Below, piece after piece: positions 26,401 to 37,660 of a stretch of DNA of 64,000 nt. A program made the position numbers and the translations under genes. The notes under the pieces are model-generated. The model was not told the origin of the DNA and did not search any database. It saw only the letters and a program-made list of their open reading frames with translations. The stretch is from Lama guanicoe (lineage: Eukaryota), in contig MU053379.1 in assembly GCA_013239625.1 (NCBI GenBank), positions 2,710,866 through 2,774,865 of the forward strand. Reading direction: 5' to 3'. Every line of letters begins with the position of its first letter. The stretch's first letter is position 1.

Positions 26401-27542
26401 CCGAGAAAGTGCAAAATGGCCCCAGGAGCCAGCCTCCGGCAGCGAGGCCATGATAAACGGTGCTCACAGAATACGGCGGTGATCGCCGCCTCGTCTGTCC
26501 CCCGCGCGCCTGGCCCCCTCCTACAGCAAGGGCATGGGCTAACTGCGCTCTCCCGCCTGGGCCCCCGGCCTGCACCTGGCGGGGATCAGCTGTTCGCTCC
26601 TGGATCTCATCCTGCCCCCCGCCCCGGGCAGCTGTGCTGTTGCTCTGCCCCAGGTCCTCCCTCCGCGCCCCCATCCCACCAGCCCCCGTGACGCACTGGT
26701 GTTTCCCTGGCTTTCTCCTAAATCCCCTCCGCATCTCTTTCTGCCCACTGTCCCCTCCAGGCCCTCATCAGCTCAATCTGGGCTGCCGTCCGGCTGGATG
26801 TTAACGGCTTAGCTTTCTGCAGGCGCTTCAACTTCCACCTCACGTTAGAAACGGACTACGGATTTGTCACTGCTCCCTGCCCCCCTCCCCCCGTCCACCT
26901 CCCCATCCTGGATTCTGCTCCCCTCAGTCTCAGAAGCCAGGACCCGGGAGATGTGCAGCCCCCCTCCCAGGCTCCGGCCTCCAGCCGCCCTCAGAGGATG
27001 CTGCCCTGCACCTCCCACCCCCTCAGTCCCTCTCTCCACTTTGCAGCTGCGTTTGGCGGTCCCTTCACCGCTGGCCTCATCCCAGTCCAGTTAGCTGTTT
27101 GGAAACATAAACATGACGATCGCCTCACTCCTTAGTTTACAACCTTCCGTGGCCGCGTGTCACTGAAGGTATAAAAGTCCACACCTTGCAGACAAACACT
27201 GGCCCCCGGCCCCCCGCCGCGCCTGCCGGAGGCTGGCACAGTTCCCGAGGCCCCATGCCTCCGCCTGCCCCCGGGCCGTCTCCTCCCGGCCTGTCCCCTG
27301 CGGACACCGACGTCTGCCCTGGGCCAGGGTCATCTCCTCCCTGCGGGCCCTCGATGGGGCTCATCCTTGCTGTGACGGCACCTGTCGCCCGCACGGGACT
27401 GACTTTTACTTGTCCCCGTCGCTCCCTGTCAGGCAGCCCTGGGGCTAGGGCTCTGGAGGCTGGCTTCTTTGTCTTTGCGTTTGGAGTATTTTTCATGGTA
27501 GGCGGTCAGCCAGTGCTTGTTTTTCTATCTTTTTATCTAAAC

Positions 27543-27860
27543 CAGTGCTGTCCAGGGGAAGCAGAGTGTGAGACTCAAGACGCCACTTTAACTTTGTGAG
27601 TAGTCACTTTATTAAAAGCATAGAAAGAAAAAGGTGAAATTAATTTTAACTATATTTTCACTGAGCTCAGTCTATCCAAGCTATTGTCTTTTCGACATTT
27701 AATCAATGGCACAAATATTAATGAGATAGTTTACGTTCTTTCTTTTTTTGTAGTAAATCTTCAAAATCTAGTATGTGCCGCACATCTCAGCGCAGATGAG
27801 CCACGTTCACGGGCCTGGCGGCCACGTGTGGCTGGCAGTCCGCAGCCGTTGGGCGGGACA
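27543..27860. mobile_element. MER33-like hAT-Charlie DNA transposon
   Basis: Begins 'cagtgctgtcca'. Contains 'aaaaggtgaaattaattttaac..aatgagatagtttacgttc..cacatctcag..agccacgttc..gccacgtgtggctgg'. Length about 320 bp. Confidence 0.75.
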
Positions 27861-28234
27861 TCTTGGGTCCTGGCAGGTGCTGTTCTGGGACTGTTTTCTC
27901 ACCTAGAAAACAAGAAGTTCTCCAAGAACTGTCATCTAATAATCCTTCTCAGTTCTAAAAAAAAAAAAGAAAAATATTCTGATATTTCATGATGAATCAA
28001 AGAGAATGTCCTCTCTCTCTGAGAGAAGAGTGTCCTTCCACTGGTGACCAGAGAGACTGGCCGCCGCTCTGACTCCCCTGCCTCTGTGCTCTCCGGGCTC
28101 ACCCTGTGTCTGAAGCCCCCAGACGTGTGGTCCAGCCACCAAAACCCCGTGGGCTCAGGTTGGGAAACTTCACTCCACAACCTTTTTTTTTTACACTAAG
28201 AGTAACATGATAAAAAGATTAAACAATTAGTGGT

Positions 28235-29250
28235 TCCTTTTAACTTTTTATTTCAAAATAACTTCAGACTTCCAAACAGATTGCACAATTAGAGCAGAGA
28301 ACAGCTCCGTGCCCCTCGGGCTCCCCGCGCCGGCGTTTCACCGCGCTCGCTGCGTCTCTCTCTCTCTCTGTTCACATGCGCGTGCACACGCGCACGCACA
28401 CGCACACACACACTCTCTTCATGGATGGGAAGACGTCCCTTTTCTCCTGATGTCTGAATGTGAACCACAGGCATGATGCCCTCTTAACACACCTGTAAGC
28501 AGGTCCTGAGAATAATGACGTTCTTGCATAACTGTCCAAATTTAAAAACGACGTTAATGCAGCACAGCACAGCTCTGAAACTTCAGTCATGCAAGTTCTT
28601 CTGATTTTCCCACTGGCATCCTTCTTCTGGTCCCAGGTCCACCCCAGATCCCACCCTCCAACTGGCTGTCGTGTCTCCATCGCCGCCTCCCACCTGGGAC
28701 GGCTCCGCAGCCCTCCTGTGTGAGCCTCCCCGTGTGAGGTGCACAGGCCAGGTATCTTATGCAACGTCTACTCATCCGGGTTTTTGCGGTGCTTCCTCGT
28801 CACGGGCTGTGCCTTCTCGGCAGGAGCCGCAGGGACGATGCTGCATCCTCTCCGCGCATCGTGTCAGGAGCCACGTGGCGCAGATCTGTCCTTTCGCCGG
28901 TGTTGTTAGCCGCCATCATTTGCAAAGTGGGGGAGGCAGGGAAATGTGCTATTTCTACCTTCATAATCAGTAGGTGATACTTTCAGACTGTAAATATCCT
29001 ATTTTTCATCATCCTTTTTTCCCCACTCATCTTCGCATTCATAAACAGTTCTTGCCTGAAACACCCGTTCCTGTGTTGTTTGCCAAAGGGCGATTTTCTT
29101 GTTCCATCATTCACTCCACGTCCGTCACTTAGGTTCTGACTGCAGGGAGGAGTCGTCCAGCCTCCAGTCGCTCATTTATTCACCGGTTCATCAGCACGGA
29201 CTGATGGATTCTCATGTGTGTGGACGTCTCCATCACCCTCACTATTGTTT
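28235..29250 (-). mobile_element. L1MC-type 3'UTR fragment
   Basis: 'taactttttatttcaaaataacttcagacttccaaacagattgcacaa' and 'gatactttcagactgtaaatatcctatttttcatca' are typical antisense L1MC4/5 tracts. Confidence 0.65.
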
Positions 29251-31019
29251 TGAGAGGGGGAAATAAGAATTAGGAATATATTAGTTGCATTTTACTACCT
29301 GAGTTTTGGAAACTACAAACCTTAAAGCATAAAAATGACAAAGAAAGTGAAGGGACCATTTATAGTTGGTCATCATCTCTGTATAAGCTTCAGTAAAAAA
29401 AAAAAGAAGAAAAAATCATATTAATGAGAAAAAATTTGTTATGAAATAGAATCCTTTGAAACATATATTACTTACTTATTGTCAGCATCTATCAAACAGG
29501 CAGTGTGCATATTTTGTACCAGTGAATGACATTTCAACTAAGGACCCCTTTACCAGTGAGAGAGCATTTAATTCAGCGAGGCGACTCGCGAGGCAGCAGA
29601 GCACCTTGCTTCGTGTGGTTTGCTCGTTCCTGTGGCCTCGGTGTCACAAAAGGTAATCCCACCTGCTTCCTTTGTTCCTCCGACCTCGGATTTGCAGGGC
29701 TTTATGCGTGCATATGTACACTTTTTTTTTCTTTTCCTGCAGCAAATAGGTAGGAAGTGGCCGCGGCGGTGAGCGTGGCGGAGCGGCCTAATGCTGGCCT
29801 GTGCTCTCCGCAGCCTAATTAAAGGAAAATAGTCGTGCTTTCTATGAAGAGAGATGCAGAACGAGACGAGAGGGACACGGGAAGGGGAGCAGAAGCCCTA
29901 AGAGCTTTCTTTCTCTGCAGAATTAAGCGCTAACCTGGCCTCATGCTCTCAGTCCCGAATTTATATGACAAGTCAGTGGCAATAGCTGGACGGCTTCCAG
30001 GGCACTAGATTTCTCGTACAAGTTCATTTAATGCAGCCCCTAATAAATGCAGCCCAGCATCGTGTGACGCAGATGGACTAAAGAGCAGCCGCGTGGAGCT
30101 CATCCTGGTCCCCGGCTCTCACCCCGGGCCCGGCGGGCGGCGAGGGCGGCCAGAGGTCTCGGCAAGCGAAGTCACGACTTAGATGGAAACGTAAAGTTCA
30201 ACTTAAAATAGAAACAAGGTTCTCAGCTATCTAAAAGACAGGCTGAAAAAACAGTAATAATAAAAAATAAAATAAAATAAAAGTCAGGCTGCTTCGTTAT
30301 AGGTTGTGACACCAGAAACAAACATGTTGTAAATCAACTTCAATTTTAAAAAAAAAAAGATTCAGTTTCTACAAGAAGACTGCTTTGCTTTGGCAAGTCA
30401 GTCAGATAAAACACCAGGTAGGAAGAAAATCCCGCCCAGGTTGGTGTCGGGGGGGTCCCCCGCCCCACCAGTTTCCTCTCTGTGTGTCTGTGAACACACC
30501 CTCCCCTGGGCAGGGTTAGCCACGTGGACCGAACTGGCTCACTCTCCAAACAAGCGGAAAGAAGGCGCTCCGCTAGACGCTTCTGATTTAACTGCCAGCA
30601 GCTCAGGCCAGATAAGCCATCGGGACCGCGGCTTACTTGCCCCCGCACAGCTGTCGAGTGCGTGGCGGAGCCTCACGGAGGCGTGCCGTGAAGCCCGTCC
30701 TCCCTCCTGGCCGCCAGCCCTGCCTGCAGACACCCTGGCACGCAGCAGACGCGGTCCCCGAGGAGAACGACGTTCGGAGTTCTGCCCAAGAAAGACTTCT
30801 TTCGATTAAATGGCAAACAAAAAGTGTTTATTTTAATAATGTATTTTGTCTCTAACTCACACCAGAAAGGATCTGAGACAGCTTTACACAAACACAGACA
30901 GCAGGACAATTGAGAACAGCGACAGTAATAATAAGAAAAACGCAAAACACACGCCCCCCCACCCCCCAGGCCAGGCCGGCAGCCAGACCTCTTTCCTACC
31001 GTGTCTCCGCGGATTCTGA

Positions 31020-31142
31020 TAGTAACTCTTGGAGGTAAGGGCCGTCATTAGCCCCATTTTCCAGCTACGAAGACTGAGGCTGGGAGGTTAAAGCAACCTA
31101 GCTCAAATTACACACGCTAACAAGAGGCACAGCCGGAAGTAA
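31020..31142 (-). mobile_element. MIR SINE fragment
   Basis: 'ccccattttccagctacgaagactgaggctgggaggttaaagcaacctagctcaaattacacacgct' matches the MIR core. Confidence 0.7.
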
Positions 31143-32779
31143 AAGAAAAGGCCCTCAGGACACGGGAAGCCACGGGCAGGCCAGCAACGCCAGGCCAGCA
31201 ACGCCAGGCCGAGCCCAGGTGGAGAGACGGCGCCCCCCACAGCGCGGCTCTCTCTGCAGTGAGCGCGCACACTTGACTTTGGGTTCCCTGGAGGTCAGGG
31301 CAAGGAGGGAAACGTTTATCGTGGCTGGACTTGCAACGTGCCTAAAAGAAACGTCATCCATCTTCCAAGATGAAGGGCAGTTTCTCCTGGGCTACGTGTC
31401 GGGGATTCAGAAAAACCGATGGTCGGCAGACAGATCTTTCCGATAGTCGTGCAGAAATGGTATTTCTGAAAACCAGGACTTGGGGGGAGCGGGGCTGGCA
31501 GCGCTGCATCCTCAGCACAGTCTGGGCACCGTCGCTGACTCAGGACACGCGTGCTCTGGGAATCGGCCTTCTTACAGACCCCAGGGGCCCGGGAGAACTT
31601 TGTGCTCGAGAGGTAGCAGGGCCTCTTGGCACCTCAGCTGGGGGCCGGCAGGGGCCGACGGGGGCCTGCCTCCCCAGGCCATTCTGGGTGGGTCCACTCA
31701 GGGGAAAACAAGTCACCCCAGCTCCCAGTGCCTCCCAGACGGCAGCCTTCATACTCCGAGCCGTTCAAGACCGTCTCCCGGCGCCTCTGCAGCCAGGCGC
31801 TCCGGCTGTCGGCGGCATGACTGCTGGGTCCCGGGCACCCCAGGTCGTTGGCCAGACGCCGCCCGCAGAGCCCCTGCTGCCCGGCAGGGAGAGGGAGCTC
31901 GATGACGAGCCTTCCAGAGGAGGGCTGACTTCCACCAGAGGTCAGGGTTTTGCCCGTAGTGCCAGGGCATGGAGGAGGCGTCTTCCCTTAGAGCAGTGAA
32001 TATCCCTCACCTGGTGAGGCCAGGTCTAGACTGTGAGTACAACAAAGCCGTGGCCGAACTGCATTCGGAGAAGACCTGGTCTTCTGTTATCCAGACCTTT
32101 AGCAGGTGACAGTTACAACTGATTGTCAAATAACTAGTTGGTTTTGCTTTCAGAACCATTCATCTTAGCGTTCTAGATCTGCCTTGAAGCAATGAATTGA
32201 CGCGATAGAGTCTAGCAAACTCACGTTGGGCAGGAAATGGTCACATTCGAACTTCCATTTCAGTCTTCAGGGTCTTCTGTCACAGGCTGCGTCTGCTCGT
32301 GTAATACGTCGTCTCCCTAAGTGAACCCCACTCCCCCAGAAACGTGTGATTTAATTTCCCAGCAAACCTTGGGCTAACTGGAAGTGCTTATTTGTTCCTG
32401 TTCTTGTTTTAGAAAACTATTGAAATGCATGAATCCACTTTCTTTTATGGGCCGAATATAATGGCCAGAATGCAGACCTGCAGTGTGAGCACAAGTTGTC
32501 CCCTCCTCTTCTCTGCATGTAAGCCAGCTCAGGCCAGGTGGGGATGTGGGGGACATCGGGGCTCCCCCACAGGCCTGGAAGTGGCTGTCACGTATGGAAA
32601 AGATCTTGTGTGTGTGTCGGGGGAGGTTTCCAGAATGTTTAATTTGGGGACAGGTTTGAATCTGGTGACAGATATGTTCTCGTTCTGGGATCTCCAACTA
32701 GCCACACTCTCCCGATTTTCATAAACTTTAAGAAAAGGTTTTTTTAAGTAGATGCTGTGGAGTCTACTGGGTATCATAG

Positions 32780-33150
32780 CAGACAACACCGGTTCACTCT
32801 TTCCTCTTCAGAATCCCGATTTATAGAATGTTACATTGTACCTAAAATAATGCCAGTGACTCCCAGAGTGCCCTGCAGCCAAGAAAGCCATGTGACCAAC
32901 CTTTGGCCAGTAAGATATAACTCGAAACGCTGGGTGCAACTTGTAGGAATTGTCCCTAAAATAAAGGAGAAGGGCCATCATTATCCCCTTTTCCATCCAA
33001 GAACATGTCTCTGATGACTGGAGCTCAGCAGCCGTTTTGCTCCATGAGGCCAAGGGCCCCATGGTTAGTGCTGTGATCTGTTGTCTATGGAGCCCCCATG
33101 CCCATCCTGGACACCCTACCTAGACTTTGTCTGAGAAAAGTACACCTGTG
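32780..33150. mobile_element. Ancient ERVL-class LTR fragment (LTR16/LTR33/MLT1J-like)
   Basis: 'ctcccagagtgccctgcagcc..gccatgtgaccaacctttggccagtaagatataa' and 'gatgactggagctcagcagccgttttgctccatgagg'. Confidence 0.5.
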
Positions 33151-33569
33151 CCTTTCTTTCAAACACCTTTATTGTGGTGTGATTCCTATACAATAAAGTA
33201 CACATATTTCAGGTGTACAATTTGATGAATTTTGATAGATGTATATACCTATAAAGCTACCACCACAATCAAGACAGCTAACATTTCCATCACTCCCCAA
33301 GAGGTGCAATTTTCAAATGCCCAATTTGTCCCTTCTCACCCCCTTTCCCCTATGGTAACCAAAAGTTTGTTCTCTGTGTCTGTGAGTCTGTTTCTGTTTT
33401 GTAGATAAGTTCATTTGTGTCCTTTTTTTTAAATTCCACATATAAGTGATATAATATGGCATTTTTCTTTCTCTTTCTGGCTAATTTCACTTAGAATGAT
33501 GATCTCCAGGTCCATCCATGTAGCTGCAAATGGCATTACTTTATTCTCTTTAAGGCTGAATAGTATTCC

Positions 33570-33571
<2 letters not shown>

Positions 33572-33618
<47 letters not shown>
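33572..33618. repeat. (TG)n microsatellite inside the L1
   Basis: Uninterrupted TG run of about 23 units. Confidence 0.95.
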
Positions 33619-33620
<2 letters not shown>

Positions 33621-36600
33621 TCTTTATTCAGTCATCTATCAATGGACATTTGGGTTGTTTCCATGTCTTGGCTGTAAATAGTGCTGCTGTGAACATTGGG
33701 GTGCATATGTCTTTTTGAATTATATTTTTCTCTTGATATATACCCAGGAATGGGATTGCTGGATCATATGGCAAGTCTATTTTTAGTTTTTTTAAGGAAC
33801 CTCCATACTGTCCTCCACAGTGGCTGCACCAATTTACATTCCCACCAGCAGTGGAGGAGGGTTCCTGTTTCTCCACACCCTCTCCAGCATTTATCATTTG
33901 TGGACTTTTTAAAGATGGCCATTCTGACTGATGTGAGGTGATGCCTCATTGTAGTTTTGATTTGCATTTCTCTAATAATTAGCAATGTTGAGCATCTTTT
34001 CATGTGCCTGTTGGCCATCTGTATGTCCTCTTTGGAGAGATGTCTATTTAGGTCTTCTGACAATTTTTTGATTGGGTTGCTTGGTTTTTTGAAATTAAGG
34101 TGTATGAACTGTTTGTATACTTTGGAAATTAGTCCCTTGTCGGTTGCATCATTTGCAAATACTTTCCCCCATTCTGTAGGTTGTCTTTTCATTTGGTGGA
34201 TGGTGTCCTTAGCTGTGCAAAAGCTTTTAAGTTTAATTAGATCCCATTTGTTTATTTTTGCTTTAATTTCCATTACTCCAGGAGCTGGTTCAAAAAATAT
34301 ATTGCTGTGATTTACGTCTAAGAGAGTTCTGCCTATGTTTTCCTTTATGAGTTTTATAGTATCTGGTCTTACCTTTAGGTCTTTAACCCATTTTGAGTTA
34401 ATTTTTGTATGTGGTGTTAGAGAATGTTCTCATTTCAGTCTTTTACATGTAGCTGTCCAATTTCCCAGCACCACGTGTTGAAGAGACTGTCTTTTCTCCA
34501 CTATATATTCTTGCCTCCTTTGTCATAGATTAATTGACCATAAGTGCGTAGGCTTATTTCTGGACTTTCTGTCTTGTTCTGTTGTTCTATGTGTGTGTTT
34601 TTGTGCTAGTACCGCACTGTTTTGATTACCGTAGCTTTGTACTGCAGTCTGAAGTCAGGGAGCATGATTCCCCCAGCTCCGTTCTCCTTTTTCAAGACTG
34701 TTTTGGCTATTTGAGGTCTTTTGTGTTTCCATACGAATTTTAACAACCTTTGTTCCAGCTCTGTGAAAAATGTCATTGGTAATTTGATAGGAATTGCACT
34801 GAACCTGTGTATTGCCTTGGGCAGTATGGCCATTTTAACAATATTGATTCTTCCAATCCAAGAATGTGGTATATCTTTCCATTTGTTTGTGTCGTCTTCA
34901 GTTTTTCTCATCAGTGTCTTACAGTTTTTGGAGTGCAGGTCTTTTTCCTCCTTACGTAGGTTTATTCCTAGGTATTTTATTAACTTTTTAGTGTGATGAT
35001 AAATGGGATTGTTTCCTTAATTTCTTTTTCTGCTGTTTCATTGTTAGTGTATAGAAATGCGACTGATTTCTGTATATTAATTTTGAATCCTGCAACGTTA
35101 CCAAATTCATTGATGAGCTCTAGTAGTTCTTTAGGGTTCTCTGGTAGCTTCTTTAGGGTTTTCTATGTATAGTGTCATGTCCTCCATGAACAGTGACAGT
35201 TTTACTTCTTTTCTGACTTGGATTCCTTTTATTTCTTTTTATTCTCTGATTGCCATGGCTAGGACTTCCAAAACTATGCTGAATAAAAGTGCCGAGAATG
35301 AACATCCTTGTCTTGTGCCTGATCTTAGAGGAGACGATTTCAGCTTTTCACTGTGAAGTAGGATGCCGGCTGTGGCTTTGTCACCTATGGCCTTTATTAT
35401 GTTGACATCTGTTTCCTCTGTGCCCACTTTCTGGAGAGTTTTTATCCTAAATGGATGTTGAGTTTTATTGAAAGCTTTTTCTGCATCTATTGAGATGATC
35501 ACATGGTTTTTATTCTTTAATTTGTCACTGTGGTGTATCACATTGATTTGCGGAGATTGAAAAATCCTTACACCCCTGGGATAAATCCCACTTGGTCATG
35601 GTGTATGATCCTTTTACTGCATCGTTAAGGTCATTTGCCAGTATTTTGTCGAGGATTTTTGCATCTATATTCATAAGTGATATTGGCCTGTAATTTTCTT
35701 TTTTTGGTGATATCTTTGATTCTGGTATCAAGGTGATGATGGCCTCATAGACGGAGTTTGGAAGTGTTCCTTCCTCTGCAGGCTTTTGGACCAGTTTCAG
35801 AAGGACAGGCATGAACTCTTCTGTGAATGGTTGGTAGGATTCGCCTGTGAAGCCATCTCATCCTGGACTTTTGTTTGCTGGGAGTATTTTAATTACTGAT
35901 TCAGTTTCAGTGCCTGTAATTGGTCTGTTCATGTTTTCTTCCTGGGTGCATATATATTCCTTCCTGGTTCAGCTGTGGCAAACTGTCCCTTTCTAGGACA
36001 TTGTCTGCTTCTTCTAGGTCGTCCTTCTTGCTAGCGTACACTTGCTCAGAGTGGCCCCTTATGAGCCCTGGTATTTCTGTGGCGTCAGCTGTGACGTCTC
36101 CTTTTCATTTCTGATTTTATTAATTGGGGCCCTCTCCCCTTTTTCTGGATGAGTCTGACTAAAGGTTGACCAGTTTTGTGTATCTTTTCAAAGAACCAGC
36201 TTTTCGTTTCATTTTTCTTTTCTTCTGGTTTTGTGGTCTCTGTTTCATTTGTCTCTGCTCTGCTCTTTGTGATTTTCTCCTACTAGCTTTGGGCTTGGTT
36301 CCTTCCTCTTTCTCCGGCGGCTGTAGGTGTCTGCTTGGCTTGTTCATTTGCTGCTTCCCTTGTTTCCTGACGTGGGCTTGTGTCGCTACCATAAGCTTCC
36401 CTCTGAGAACTGCTGTTGCTGCGCCCCGGAGGTTTTGGATCATCCTGTTTTCATTTGTCTCAAAGCATCTTTAGATTTTCTCTTTGATTTCTCAGTGACC
36501 CATTGGTGGTTTAGTAGCACATTGTTTAGCCTCCACGTGTTTGCAGTTTCTGTGGTTTTTTCCTTGTAGTCTAACCTTGTAGTGCTGTGAACCAAAAAGA

Positions 36601-37419
36601 TGCTTGGTATAATTTCAGTTTCTTAAATTTACTGAGGCTTGCCTTGTGAGCCAACATGTGGTTGATTCTGGAGAATGTTCCATGGGCACCTGAGAAGAAT
36701 GTGTATTCTGTCATTTTTGGATGGAATGCTCTATAGAGACCAGTTAAGTCCATCTGGTCCAATGTGTCGTTTAGGGCCTGTATTTCCCTATTGATTCTGT
36801 CTGGGTGATCTGTCCATTGATGTATGTGGGGTGTTACGGTCCCCCACTGTTACTGTGTTATTGTTCATTTCTCCTTTTATGTCTGTTAACAGTCGCCTTA
36901 TATACTGAGGTGCCCCTGTGTTTACAATTGTTGTATCCTCTTCTTGGATTGATCCCTTGAGCATTATGCAGTGTCCTTCTTCGTCCCTTGTAACAGCCTT
37001 TACTTTAGAACCTCTTTTGTCTGATGCAAGCCTTGCTGCTCCAGCTTTCTTTTGGGTTGCTTGCATGGAATATCGTTTTCCATCCCCTCCCTTTCAGCCT
37101 GCGTGTGTCTCTAGCTGAAGTGGGTCTCTTGCAGACAGCGTGCGTGTGGGTCTTGTTTTTGTGTCCATTCAGCTGGTCCATGTCTTTTGGTTGGAGCTTT
37201 TAATCCGTCTACATTTAAGGTAATTATTGATACATACGTTCTTGTTGCCGTTTTGTTAATTGTTTGGAGCTTGTTTTTAGGTCTTTTCCCCCCTTTCTTC
37301 TTTTTGTTCTCTTTTCTTATGGTCTGATGACTGTACAGCTACATTGGTTTGTGATTGCCATGAGGTTTTGGTGTAGAAGTCTATATAGATACATGATTGT
37401 TTTAAGTTGCTAACCTCTA

Positions 37420-37660
37420 TTTTTTTTCTTTTTTTTTTAACATTTTTTATTGAGTTACAGTCATTTTACAGTGTTGTGTCAAATTCCATTGTAGAGCACA
37501 ATTTTTTAGTTATACATGAACATACATATATTCATTTTTTTTCGCTGTGAGCTGCCACAAGACCTTGTATATATTTCCCTGTGCTACACAGTATAATCCT
37601 GTTTATCTATTCTGCATATGCCTGTCAGTATCTACAAATTCTGAACTCCCAGTCTGTCCC
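37420..37660 (-). mobile_element. Young L1 3' end nested in the inter-ORF spacer of the larger L1
   Basis: PolyT, then 'cattttttattgagttacagtcattttacagtgttgtgtcaaattcc', the same subfamily end as the copies at 5.5 and 14.9 kb. Confidence 0.88.

Noticed and set aside
31177..31210. Short tandem duplication (CAGGCCAGCAACGC x2.4); similar 12-13-bp duplications at ~3493 and ~13832
   Set aside because: Ordinary slippage duplications with no spacers; not CRISPR-like or array-like.
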